Source of the DNA: Octopus vulgaris
Lineage: Eukaryota
Assembly: GCA_951406725.2 (NCBI GenBank)
Contig: OX597820.1
Coordinates: 57,164,001 to 57,228,000, forward strand
Reading direction: 5' to 3'
Length of the DNA: 64,000 bases
The position numbers and the translations under genes were made by a program. Below are positions 13,145 to 26,559 of this stretch, one piece after another. Each line of letters opens with the position of its first letter. Position 1 is the stretch's first letter. The notes below the pieces were generated by a model, which worked only from the letters and a program-made list of their open reading frames with translations, was not told the DNA's origin and did not search any database.

Positions 13145-13515
13145 TGTATGTATAGTTTAGGACAATCAGTAAGTTGTCATAATAGTACTCAGAGTTTCAA
13201 ATGCCAGATCTAAGAGCCATGATGCATTCTCGTTGGCTGAATATCTATATAATTATGTATAAAGTGACGAAAATATTTTCACAAATTAAATTTAAATGTT
13301 GAAGTGAATCTAACGGTTTTTGTGGGTTTTTAAATGGCTTATAAACACATACCATGCTGCAATTGTTTTTGTTTCAGCACACGATCTCAGATCAGGTCAC
13401 TTGCTATGCAAGTACATTTCTGTAATATATATATATATTAGTAAATTGTCAGTAAATCATAAATCTGAAAAAAAAGCACACTTTAAGTTATTGAGCAGTA
13501 GAGTATATAGATAAA

Positions 13516-13681
13516 GAGTGATATGGCCAGTTTATTGGGTTACCTGGGGTTTCGCATTCACAAAGCACTTAGCTAAATAAGGCCATAAGCCAACAGATTT
13601 AGGGTTGTGAGAAATGTTACAAAGCTAAGTGCTTTATGGATGTGAAACTCTGGGTAACCTCATAAACCGTCCATATCAACC

Positions 13682-13683
<2 letters not shown>
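13516..13683. repeat. Inverted repeat (~59-bp arms) containing the 3' half of a hammerhead
   Basis: Arms 13516-13574 and 13623-13683; the right arm has GAAA-CTC-T-GGG-TA-ACC. Confidence 0.82.
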
Positions 13684-13754
<71 letters not shown>

Positions 13755-14419
13755 AGACGAATCAAGGACAACTGAAGAAGGGGAATATTCCTTGTATTGT
13801 ATGTCTTGTACTCTGTTAAGTTCGTTTCCATGTTTTTGTTTTTATGTGTTTGTTTCTCATTGTGTTCAACGTTTTTTTGATGTCCTATACCCATACATGC
13901 CTGTATATATACATGTAGATGTAGGTATGTACATATATGTATGCATATATGCATATATGTATATATTATTTATATTATTATTATATATATATATATATAT
14001 ATATATTTATGTGCGTGTGTGTGTGAGCTGTTAACAATATACACATTGGATGTTTGTCAAAGGCATTTCACAAATCATACATTGATGTCACTCTGATCAT
14101 AAATTAGTTTGTGTCATGTATAACCAAACAGAATTCTGTCACAATCTATTATTTATTCTCACAATAATTTCTATTTTTGCTATGTCAATCAATGTACAAT
14201 ATTATATAATATATATTGTGACACCATTTTGCAGGTTATGCTTTACAAATGAGGCCATAAATAAGTTTGAAATATGGTTGAATCAAAGTTGCTTCACTTG
14301 ATTGTTAAAAAATTGCCAACATTATTAGCCAGTGTTTAGTATTTGTTTTCTTGCTTCATTACTGTATAATCATTCTCAGAAATTTGATGCTCTGTCACAT
14401 TTAGTATGTCAACAATAAA

Positions 14420-14840
14420 GCACAGGAGTGGCTGTGTGGTAAGTAGCTTGCTTACCAACCACATGGTTCCGGATTCATTCCCACTGCGTGGCACCTTGGG
14501 CAAGTGTCTTCTACTATAGCCTCAGGCCAGCCAAAACCTTGTGAGTGGATTTGATCACCAGAAACTGAAAGAAGCCCGTTGTATATATGTATATATATAT
14601 ATATATATATACATACATATATATATATATATGTATGTCTATGTTTGTGTGTCTGTGTTTGTTCCCCCAACATTGCTTGACAACCGATGCCAGTGTGTTT
14701 ACATCCCTGTAACTTAGCGGTTTGGCAAAAGAGACCGATAGAATAAGTACTAGGCTTACAAAGAATAAGTCCTGGGGTCGATTTACTCGACTCAATGCAG
14801 TGCTCCAGCATGGCTGCAGTCAAGTGACTGAAAAAAGTAG
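14420..14840 (+). mobile_element. SINE family A, full length
   Basis: Head, internal (TA)n and tail all present. Confidence 0.92.
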
Positions 14841-16208
14841 AAGAGCTATCTGACTGAATGCCTTCCATTATGTTGCATGGGAATACTGCAAACATGTAGG
14901 TACTTCATCATCATTATAATCATCATCATCATCATTATTATCATCATCATCATTGTCATTTGCCACTGTTAATTCATCATGTTAACCCACTATAGGCTTC
15001 AGTTGCTCACCATATTTACCATTGATACTGTATGTTATCCCGCCATATACTCGCTAATATGTTGTAGGATCAAATGAAATTTCCTCTCTGACCTTTAACC
15101 CTACCATCAACACCAGCATCTCCACAGCCATCAATACCATGACCACCACAACTGTCATTGTCACCAGCACCAGCACCACCACTACCACCACAACCACCAC
15201 TACCACTGCATCACCACCACCACAACTGCTGCTGCTGCTGCCGCCGCCGTCACCACCCCCTCCAACACCATCACCACCTCCACCACCATTACCTTCAACA
15301 ACATCATCACCACCAGCAACAACAGCACCATCACCGCCCCCATCGTCACCACTGTTTTAGTCTTAAGCAACAAGCTTAGGAAGATGAAAGCAGACATTGT
15401 GCCAGATTCATTGTCAGAGTTGAATGAGGAAGAAACCTAGAAGAGAAAGAAGCAGGAAGAAAGGGGTAAAAGAGAGTGAGGGGGTAGGAGATGGCTGTGG
15501 GTGAATGAAAATAGGAGGATTGTGACAGAAAAGGGAGGAATATAATTGGGGGACATGGACGAAAGTGGAGGCTGGATAGAAAGAGAATAAGAAAGATTGA
15601 GAGAGAGAAAGAGAGTGAGAGAGTAAGAAGGGCCACATCTGAGAGAAATAAGAGTGTGACAGAAAATGGGGGAAGATGATGGACAACATCAGGATGTAAG
15701 ATAGAAATGTATGCGTGTGTGTGTGTGTTTGTGTGCATGTGTGTGTGTATGTGTGTATGTTTGTGTGCATGTGTGTGTGTATGTGTGCGTATCTAGAAAA
15801 AGATGGAAAGGTATATTTGTGGCTGCGGATAACTGTGTTGCATTACAAATCATATCGCAAAAAAAAAAAAAATGGTACAGACAGACAAGAAAATTGATAG
15901 GAAAAACAATAAGATATCACAAGTGCTTAAGGCCGTGAAGCACTCCACTACTTTTCTCCATACGTTACTTTATTTATTGTCCAAGTCGAAAGATAGTCCA
16001 TTATTATCTCCTTGCTTGTTCGTTTTGTACTTTTCCATCTTAAATTTATCACTGTACACTCATTTTCTCTTGTCTGATTCGATGTTAGCATATACTCATC
16101 TGTCTCTTCATGACTGTTGTAGACTTTGGGCAGTGTTGGAAGGAACAGCTTTGACTTGAGTGCTGAAATTGGTATATAATAATTATAAAAACACAGATTA
16201 GGATTGAG

Positions 16209-16397
16209 ACTAGAAAAATTCAACCCAGCTTGCATTTAAATAGAGATGCAGGAATCTGGCAATGAGAATGTAAACTTAGGCTGTTATATCCATGTGAAGG
16301 AAATATGATAGAACGACAGAAAAATCAATAAAGAAACTTTTTATATTTTAAAAAGTAAACCAATTACTGATACTTATCCTTAATTCATTTATCAGTA
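16209..16397 (+). repeat. Direct duplicate of the Penelope 3' end (pseudo-LTR-like)
   Basis: ~190 bp nearly identical to 17433-17620. Confidence 0.9.
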
Positions 16398-16512
16398 AAA
16401 ATTAAATTATAAACCAACAGACTCAAGGTAATATTTACTTTTTACTTCATGCCACCCAAAATGCACAAGAGCTGATATGCCGTATCATATAATGAAAAAA
16501 ATATATAACTTA

Positions 16513-16820
16513 CTGGCACTCCATTGATTACAATGATGAGTGTTTTGGTTGCTCCAACCAATGGAACAGCCTGCTTGTGAAATTAGCGTCCAAGTGGCTG
16601 AGTACTCCACAGATACACATGGCTTAGTGGTTAGAGTATATGGCTCATGATCATAAGGCCGTTAGATTGATACCTGGCAGCACATTCCGTTATTGAGCAA
16701 GACACTTTATTTCACAATCCTCCAGTCCACTCAGCTGACAAAATAAATAATACCGGTAATTCAAGGGGCCAGTTTTGTTTCATTCTGAGTCATGCTGAAT
16801 CTCCCTGAGATCTACATTAA
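16513..16820. mobile_element. SINE family C fragments (minus-strand tail, plus-strand head)
   Basis: Homology to 4408-5100. Confidence 0.7.
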
Positions 16821-16824
16821 AAGA

Positions 16825-17620
16825 ATATGCACTATCGTATAAAATCAAAACAGTCCAAAGAAAGATACTAAAAGAACTAAAAAATATTCTGGTTGGGAGA
16901 AGTTCTCCACCATTATTAATTCAGAATAGAATAGAAAGCAAAAAGAAGATTGATATCAGTGACTGAAGGAATGCAAACACCAAAACAGAAAGAGAAGCTT
17001 ACTGTTCATCTCAAGACATAACCCTTTGGAAAGTGAGGCCTTGTAATAAAACAAAATTTACCCTTGTTAAAACAGGATTCTAAAATGAGGGAAAATAAAA
17101 AAGAATGATATAGTTAAAAGTAGAAAATAGCCACATTCAGGAATGAAACTTTTAATAAGTGCCCAATTGCTTACCAACATTGTACAAATCCCAAAAGTTA
17201 AAAACTGTAGAACATTGAATTCTGTAATTTGTATTGCTATAAACAAAGTCTTTGAGTTCCACTTCAAAAATGGATAAATTTTAAAATAAAAAATAACTTT
17301 ATACAATGCCTATTAAAAAATGCAATTTATGTTATTTTATGTTGTGAATGTGGTGAGAATTATATTGGTCAAACAGGCACGTAACTCAGAAAATGGATGA
17401 TAATTCACTGACATCAAATACATGATCAGAACACTAGAAAATTCAACCCAGCGAGCATCTAAATAGAGATGCAGGAATCTGGCAATGAGAATGTAAACTT
17501 AGGCTGTTATATCCATGTGAAGGAAATATGATAGAATGACAAAAAAATCAATAAAGAAACTTTTTATATTTTAAAAAGTAAACCAATTACTGATACTTAT
17601 TCTTAATTCATTTATCAGTA
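16825..17620 (+). pseudogene. Penelope-like element remnant (linker plus GIY-YIG endonuclease)
   Basis: Translates to ...KNAIYVILCCECGENYIGQTGT*LRKWMIIH*HQI... (IY...CxxC...YIGQTG, 17325-17378); upstream linker FISRHNP...QNLPLLKQD; stops and frameshifts. Confidence 0.85.
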
Positions 17621-17694
17621 TGAATAAAATATATTTTTCCCCATCTTTTGATTGGTTAAAGTACAATGTTTAGCTCAGCTGACATATATAATAT

Positions 17695-17905
17695 TCTTTT
17701 CAACTATACAAGACCTGGAATTTGTGGGAAGTGGGATAGTCAATTTACATCTCAATAAAATAATTATTCAACTTGTACTTCTTTTATTGGCCCTGAATGG
17801 GTAAAAGGCAAACTTGACCTTGGCAGAATTTGAACTCAGAATGTAAATTTTAATGAAATACCACTAAGCATTTTATGCAGTGTGCTAATGATTCTGCAAG
17901 TTCAT
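17695..17905 (-). mobile_element. SINE family B, diverged
   Basis: AAAGGCAAACTTGACCTTGGCAGAATTTGAACTCAGAATGT. Confidence 0.75.
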
Positions 17906-18236
17906 AGATCAATGTATATAATATCACCTCCCATCTTACTTAGTGGTTCTATAACAAGTTTAGTTCCAGTGCACGTTATGTATTAAATGAAGTTAGTAGC
18001 CAGCAATTAAAATTGTACATTACAATGTAAAATGAAACTCGTTTGGAATTATGTACTTGGAATATTTATGTATTGTTATAATTATGTGCTCTGGAGTGTT
18101 TAATGTATTTTGAAATGATTTAAGTGTGAAAATGTATTATGGAATATTATAATCTTGAAATGATTTGATTGTAGTAATAAAGTTTTAATGTACTTTGGAA
18201 TTAATTAACTCCAATATGTAGAGAAGAGAGCATTGT

Positions 18237-18289
<53 letters not shown>

Positions 18290-19392
18290 GTATATATATA
18301 CACATATATAAAGATATGCATGTATGTATGTATGTATGTATAAAATGATTGGAAATGTTATATCAATAACCCGTTCATGATTAGAAAATTGTCCAAAATG
18401 CAAACAAATATCGTTGCAATTCCCAGTTCCCATTTTGCATCTCTTAGGCACCTGAAAACCATTCTAGATTGGCTTTCTAGGTTTTGGTGTGTGTTGAGTG
18501 GGAAAAGGAAGGGGGGGGCTGTACTTGTAGCACCTATGACTGATGATATCAATATGGTTGCTGTTCAACAGGAATTTCTGGTGGATTTTTTAATTCTGGA
18601 AATAAAAGAATATCATAAACGTTTGTCTTGGGGGTGGCAAGGCAGACTAAGTTAGTTTGGATGATGGTGATTTGCAACTCACTGTCTTCCAAGACATGCT
18701 ATAAGTTATGCAATGTTAATCCCAAATCAAATATAGTAATTGCAGAAATAGTAGTTGTCATGGGATCAAATCAGATACAATTATTACACAACTCAAGAAA
18801 ACATTATTGAACTCAGTGCCCTCTAAGCATTAACAACTTGCAACTCAATGAAGGCCTCTTAACACTAGACCTCACTGCTGTTGTGGATCTCTCCTGACAA
18901 AGATTGTATCACAACATCTTCAACACAAAGATTGTATCACAATGACTGGTCTACCTCTTCATAGACTGAAAATATTTCAACCTTTAACTACGATTAAATC
19001 TCAATTAATTCTGAAGAAACAAACAATGGAGTATTGCTTCTACATTTGAAACGGTGCTGCTGCTACACATAGAAACATCTTAGACCACATCCTCTTAAAG
19101 GCCTCTGGACAGATAAGTATGAAATTACTCACCAACATGCACCAACCATTGTGGTCCACAGGCATGATGTGTCCTCTCTCTGATAATTCTACTGGTACTA
19201 CAATTGCCTCTGCACTTCAGATGTAGTTGCTGGCCTTTTGCCTCCAGTCAGATACTCTCCACTCCTTTGTTTCCCTTTCTCTTATAATCACACATTGAGT
19301 TCACTCCATTTGGCACTAACCAGTATACTCATGGTTGTGGTCATTTGTACAACAGTGTAATAGTGGTGGAGCAGGAAGCTAGTAATAATCAT

Positions 19393-19860
19393 TTCAAATT
19401 TTGGCCCAAGGTCAGCAGCTTTTGGGGAGGGAGTAAATCAATTACATCAACCCCCAGGACTCAACTGGTACTTAGTTAATCAATTCTGCAAGAATGAAAG
19501 GTAAAGTGAACCTCAGCAGGAATTGAAGTCAGACTGTAAAGACAGAATAAAATGCTGCTAAGCATTTTCTCTGGCATACTAACTATTCTTATTTCTTTAT
19601 TTCCCACAAGGGGCTAAACATAGAAGGGACAAACAAGGACAGACAAAGGGATTAAGTCAATTACATCGACTCCAGTACGTAACTGGTATTTAATCTATCG
19701 ACCCCAAAAGGATGAAAGGCAAAGTCGACCTCGGTGGAATTTGAACTCAGAATGTAACGGCAGACAAAATACCACTAAGCATTTCACCTGGCATTCCAAC
19801 GATTTTGCCAGTTCGCCGCCTTCAATACTGCATACTAACTATTCTGTCGGCTTACCATCA
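19393..19860 (-). mobile_element. SINE family B nested in an older family B copy
   Basis: 16-bp TSD GCATACTAACTATTCT at 19574-19589 and 19830-19845. Confidence 0.87.
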
Positions 19861-20642
19861 GGGAAGTCAGTAACAATGGTAATGATCATTATGGGTGTTA
19901 TTGTCGTTTAGCTCCTGGCCAACACTGGTCAAGCAGACTTCTGGTCAAAGAAGTTTCAGCTGTGACCATCCTAATGCTTCTTTGTTCCTTTGTCTCCTGT
20001 AAGTGTTGACCTGCAACTCTTCATGAACAACATAAACCATACTAGTCCCGTTAGCTCCAAAGGGCCTAGAAAGGCCTTGAGCATGGCTCCTTCTTCCAAC
20101 CTAAATCAATAAAGGTGGGTTTCTCAACTGTGACCACCCTGTCTCATTCATTTCAGGTATTATATATCCAAAATAGCTTTATCCTATACTTCCTTCCTAT
20201 TTTAAGACATTACGGAATTTAGTTACTATTACTAATATACCAAGTGACCTTTCAGAAGAGTTTCTCTTCATAGGTTATTAATGTGTGTGTGTGTGTGTGT
20301 GTATTCTTGTTTGTGTGTGTGTTTGCCTGTGTGTCTGTTTTCAAGTATGCGTTTTTGCATGTGTGTGTGTTTACCTGTGTGTGCAATGAAAGTGGAGGGT
20401 ATGCACAAAGAAGCTAACGTCCTGATGATAATACAAGTCATCAACATCATCATGGCTGGATGCCCTTCCTAATGCCAACCACTTCACAGAATGTATTGGA
20501 TGCTTTTTACATGGCACCATCACCAGTGCTTCTTACAGGGCACTAGCACCAATGCACTTTCTGTGGAATCGGTACTCACACCAATGGTTTCTATGTGGTC
20601 CCTTGGTTTTAGAATGTCAATTTTAATATATAGTGATGACAG

Positions 20643-21071
20643 AGGCGGCAAGCTGGCAGAAATGTTAGCATGCTGGGTGAAATGCTTAGCAGTAGTTCAT
20701 CTGTCTTTACATTCTGAGTTCAAATTCCGCCAAGGTTGACTTTGCCTTTCATCCTTTCGGGGTCAATAAATTAAGTACCAGTTATGCACTGGGGTCATTG
20801 TAATCGACTAAATCCCTTTGTCTGTCCTTGTTTGTCCCCTCTATGTTTAGCTCCTTGTGGGCAATAAAGAAATAAGAGACGTTAGCATGCTGGGCGAAAT
20901 GCTTAGCAGTAGTTCATTTGTCTTTACGTTCTGAGTTCAAATTCCGCCATGGTCGACTTTGCCTTTCATCCTTTCAGGGTTGATAAATTAAATATCAGTT
21001 GCGTACTGAGGTCGATCTAATCAAGTGGCTCCCTCCTCCAAAATTTTGGGCCTTTGCCTAGAGTAGAAAAA
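20643..21071 (+). mobile_element. SINE family B tandem dimer
   Basis: Two heads and two tail types; 15-bp TSD AATATATAGTGATGA at 20625-20639 and 21072-21086. Confidence 0.88.
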
Positions 21072-22024
21072 AATATATAGTGATGATAGATAACATGGTT
21101 AAACCATTACATAGTTATAGATTTATTAGTATTGTTAGTAGTAGTAGTGGTGATGGTCATAACGGTGGTAGGAGCAGTAGAGGTTTGTATTAATGGTGAT
21201 GGTCATTATCAGTGTTATTGCTGTTTAGCCCGGGTATCAACATCGATCAAACAAATCTATGATCAAAGGCATTCCAGTTATGACCTCCTTATCTTTTCTT
21301 CTTTATGTGCAACGAACCTCAGACCACAACATTCCAAATATTCCTTTAAAAAAGTAAGAAAAAATGATAGGGGCTATTTTGAGGGAGATTTGGCTGCTAT
21401 TTCTAGAAGAGCTAACGTGCACATATCAACTTCCACATTGGCTTGAGTCAAAATGGTAATAGTATTCATAGTTATCATGGATATCACAATAGTAGTAGTA
21501 GTCGTAGTAGTATTGGTGGTTGTGGTGGTTTGTGTGGCTGTGGTGGTGGTGTGGCTGTGGTGGTGGAAATCATCATTCTGGGAATGGACAGTAATAATAT
21601 ATAGGGTTGGTGAGGGTATGTCTTGTAGGGGTTGATGGTAAATAATTATATAAAACCCTGGTGGTGTTGCTGGTGAGAAAATGGTAGGTAGGTAGGTAGG
21701 TAGCGCTATGCTGTCATGGTGACGGTGAAGGTGGTGGATTCTAATAATGGTTGTAGTTGTAACAATCATATTAATGGTGAAGGCCAGAGTAATTTTTAAC
21801 AGTACTGCTGGTGGTTGTGGTGGTGGTGGTGGTGGTGGCGGCAGTGGTGTTGGAGATGGAGATTAGGAGCGATAGCGATGGTCAGAGCGGTATTAATAAT
21901 GATACAGTAGTGGTTGTGGCGATGGCAGGGGGTGGTGGTGGTGGTTGTTGCAGCTTCATAAAACTGAGGGATGTAGTGAAGGAGGTAACAACAAACACAC
22001 ATACATACATATATATATGCATGT

Positions 22025-22071
<47 letters not shown>

Positions 22072-22232
22072 TAAAAGAGAAAGAAATATCTACTAAAACC
22101 TAGCCTCTCGGCTCTCACTATCATATGATATTATCTTATTGATTTTGTTGTTTACTCACTATCTCACTATCATGTGCTTTTTTTATTGTGTGTGTGTGTG
22201 TGTGTGTGTATTACATACATATACATACATAA

Positions 22233-22326
<94 letters not shown>

Positions 22327-22729
22327 GTATATACATTTGTATCCTATATATATATCTGTCTATGCGTTCTGTATATATTTACATATGTACTTTTTCCGTG
22401 TATGTGTGTGTAATTCTCTCCGTGAGTATACGTGTATCTTTTGCTGTGTAAATATCTGCATCTGTATGTATACAGCAGGCGTTTATAGATTAATAATATT
22501 GGACCTCTGGATATACACATAAATGACACAAAAGATATAAAGCATTTTTACTCTGAAAGTTGGGTTCCAGTAGGGACTTAGAGATTTTGGCTTAAGCAAA
22601 AACGAAGAGCAGATCTATCTAGGTATACATCAATGCATGTACATACATACATATGCATGTACATGCACACATGCTTACAAAACATATATACAGACGTGTA
22701 TTTTGGGATGGATGTGTGTGTGTGTGGGC

Positions 22730-22766
<37 letters not shown>

Positions 22767-22910
22767 TATACATACCCTCTCAAATTCAAATTTACTCTCA
22801 TACACAGATGCATACACACACACAAACCAAGTTCATGTATACTCGCATATACACACACACATATACACGTGTGAACATACACACATACACATACGTATGT
22901 AAATAAAAAC

Positions 22911-22958
<48 letters not shown>

Positions 22959-23092
22959 TGTATATTTATACATACAGAACACATACATGCATGCATACAT
23001 ATACACAGCTACATATGCAGACACATACGCAAATAATTTTTATGGCCAAAATTTATATAGCTGTTTCGTAGAAAAAGTAATTTAACATTAGC

Positions 23093-23129
<37 letters not shown>

Positions 23130-23188
23130 GTAATAAAAATAACAATAATAGTAAGGATGATGAGGAGGAGGAGGATGACAACAACAAC

Positions 23189-23244
<56 letters not shown>

Positions 23245-24634
23245 AAATAATCATAATTTCAGTTGAACAGCATTATCTTATTTGTGATGGATGATTAGGT
23301 TGTTAATTCCTACTATAGTCTGCTTTGGGAGCAAGATGTTGTTAGGTGGTTCGTTAATTGCTTTTTTTAACGTTAGATTTTAGTTGTAGATTTTTTTTAT
23401 GGAGATTATTTTTATTTCCTTCATTTCACAAGTTTTAATATTATTCACTGGAAGAATTCTGCTAAGGTCAACTTTGCCTTTCATCCTTTCAGGGGTCAAT
23501 AAAATAAGTACCAGTTGAGCACTGGGGGTCAATGTAATTGACTAACCCCCCTCCTCTGAAATTGCTGGCCTTGTGCTAGAATTTGAAACCAATATTATCC
23601 ACTGGAAGTACTTAAGAGTTTCAATCATGCAAAGCCTACATTCTCTTCTGTTATATGCAAAGGCTATATATGCAAAAGCTGAGGTTATAATACTTTAGTG
23701 CAGTTTGAAATTGGTACCACTGGACTTTAAGTTCCATATGTATTGTGCCAGTCATATCGTATTGCTTAGCTTTTTTGTTCACAAATGTAAGTTTGTGTAC
23801 ATTATAACTTTTCTTAAAAGTGTTTGATGTGGAAATGATATATCACCTATAACTGGCTTGGGTAATGTGTGTGTATCTATATGTGCACATACTGTTAGTG
23901 CATGCATATACAGCTGCGTGCGTGTGCACATACACGTGGGTACTGTCCAAATCTCCGACCAATCACATACAGCTAGCTGGCATTCCATTGGCGTATCAAG
24001 TTTTGGGCATTTTGATTGGGATTAATATATATATATATATATATATATATAGTAGACTAATAAAAAGAAACTTCATGGTCCAGTATTATATCTATTTGAA
24101 AAAAGGAGTAGTGATGGCTTTTTGTGGGGGAGGGGATAATTTTTATTTTAATCTTAATAATAATAATGTTTACAGTGAGTTACTCGGATATGAGTTTCAA
24201 GCTTCAAATAGCCCTTTTCAATCTGAAAAATGTATGTTTTTACTGGTTGTTTAAATAGCAAAAAATTTTTCTTGCAAGTATACATACAAAAAAATACACA
24301 AAAATGTGGGAAAATATGAAAACATAAATACATATATAAAAATACAAAAGCACGTGTGAAGAAGAAGAAGAAGAAGAAGAAGAAGAAGAAGAAGAAGAAG
24401 AAGAAGAAAAAGAAGAAGAAGAAATCAATAAAATAAAGAAAAAAGAAAAATAAACATAAATAAAAATAAAGATAAGAATAAAGATAAAACTAATAGTAAT
24501 TGTGAACAGTGGGGAATCATTTGGAATGGTCAATATAGCTGTGTTCTGGTCAAAGGATAACCTGTGTAGTGCCTATTGATTTGAGGCCACCTATTCAGTT
24601 CTCACAGGTGTACATAGCCATAATTTAGTCATGA

Positions 24635-24662
<28 letters not shown>

Positions 24663-24665
<3 letters not shown>

Positions 24666-24945
24666 TAATCCAAACAAGAAAACACAGAAAAAAAGAGAAA
24701 AAAACACAGCAACACAGGACGTGGAGCAATTAAAGTATTATTGATGCTCAGGAAAGAAGAGAAGGAGGGTTTAACGTTTCGAGCGGAGCTCTTCGTCAGA
24801 AACAAGGAGAAGGAAAGATCCCAAGAAGGGAAGACAGAGGAAAAAATATTTGAGCTGGTGGTGCTCAAGAGATCACATGTTGAAAGAACAGAAGTTGAGA
24901 GGTAGTCGAAACATGGTTTTATAAGGCAAGAGAGTTTCAAAAAAG
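24663..24945 (-). mobile_element. Hammerhead-bearing short element (family H2), Penelope pLTR-like
   Basis: Homologous to 10005-10212 and 44470-44670; TATAAAA upstream, intact hammerhead, T-rich 3' end abutting (TA)n. Confidence 0.78.
24769..24803 (-). ncRNA. Minimal type I hammerhead ribozyme
   Basis: GUUU-CUGACGA-A-GAGC(UCC)GCUC-GAAA-CGUU^AAAC: intact core, 4-bp stems I and II. Confidence 0.82.
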
Positions 24946-25362
24946 GAATGCGTGTGTGTGTGTGTGTGTGTGCAAGATGACAAGTGTGTTTGTGCGTGCG
25001 TGTGTGTGTATTTTTGGTGAATAAAAAGCAATGACATATATATATATATATATATACAGAGAGAGAGAAAGAAAGAGAGAGAAAGAGATAATTGTATGCT
25101 GAAAGAAGACACCGAAAGTCTACTTTCCCCCCTTTCAACCTATATATATATATGTGTGTGTGTGTGGAGTGAATACTTGAATTGGTTGGATGTATTTGGT
25201 GTCTACTTTCAGCATATAGGTATCATAGCTTCTGTACCCTCAAGTATAATTGTACCCTATACAATTATATCTCTGTATATGTATTTTACCTAAAAGAATT
25301 TTTAATATGCTGGCCACTGATAAAATTTATTAATTTTAATGACTTTATCCTGTAATTATGTT

Positions 25363-25407
<45 letters not shown>

Positions 25408-26514
25408 CTAGCAGTATTACCCGGCCTTGCCCGGGATTAAGTTACGATTATTAAGCTAATGATGTTCTTTATTTCAAACCAAACTTGTTAAGTTTGTAGA
25501 TTAACACTCGCACAATTTTCACTAAGAAAAAAAAATCGTTTTTTTTTTGCATGGAAGCAACGACTCTGGCCTCCTAATATGCTACAAACCCCTTTTTGTG
25601 GTCTGTGAAATGGAATGGAGTGTGGCGGAAGCCTCGGAAATTGTAGCCATTTATATTGTGTAATTCACTGACAAACTGTTACCTACCTCTTTGTTTTTAA
25701 ATAAATGGATTCTCAACAAAACAATTTTTTTACTCGGCATAAAATAAAAAAAAAACTCTTTCGCACCCAAAGAAATGTGTGTGTGAGATAGAGATGGGAC
25801 GAGAAAGATGAACAATTTAAAATAAATATATTGTAATTGTTGTGTGAGAAAGTATATATACTATGATTATAAAATATAGTGTCTTTCAAAAACATCCTAA
25901 ATTTTAACACTATATCTCATGTTTAAGAAAAAACAAAACATTTTATTTTTTATAAATGGCGTCACTTACTCTCTCTCTCCCTCTCTCTCCCTCTCTCTCT
26001 CTCTCTCACTTTATCTTTCCCTTTTTTTTTGTTTAGACGCTGTGAAACTCCCTGCCTCTCTTCCACTTTTCTTTACCTTTTTGTTAGATGCTCTCAAGCT
26101 ATCTGCTACTCTTCCTTACACATACTTTTTCTTTACTATTTTTGTTAGATGTTGCGAAACACTCTCTTTCTCCCTCACACACACACACACATACATCAAC
26201 ACACAACTTCTCTCTCTCCCTCACACACACACACTTTCGCTTGGCTATGGCTAGAAGGGACTTAACTCATGATAGCAGCTTTCAAAATAGGTAAAAGCTA
26301 TGGCTGAAAATAGATTTTTATCGCTAACAGCTATGGCTGAAAATAGATTTTTACCGCTATCCACGGGCGCCTCGAGAAAAAAATAAGTTGACAAAACCCA
26401 GATAGAATGTTGACGAATGTCCTCCTAAAATTGGAGCGACATGCGTGCTAATTTGTGGACATGCATAAATTACAATCACACACACACACACATCATGCCT
26501 TTTATAGATACAGA
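25408..26514 (-). mobile_element. Non-autonomous Helitron
   Basis: Minus strand starts A|TCTGTATCTATAAAAGG and ends with GC hairpin CCCGGGCAAGGCCGGG followed by CTAG|T. Confidence 0.75.
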
Positions 26515-26559
26515 TTAAATTTTGGCTGGGTGAATATAGTTTACTTAAAATAGCCACCC

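Noticed and set aside
13781-13805. CTGAAGA-AGGGGAATATTCCTT as a hammerhead
   Set aside because: Stem present but GAAA and helix III absent
15139-15379. Pro/Thr/His-rich ORFs
   Set aside because: (CAC)n/(CAT)n trinucleotide repeats
19011-19060. CTGAAGA...GAAAC as a hammerhead
   Set aside because: No credible stem I or stem II
22573-22622. RDFGLSKNEEQIY kinase-like DFG peptide before a GT
   Set aside because: In-frame stop just upstream, weak acceptor, and no other kinase exons found
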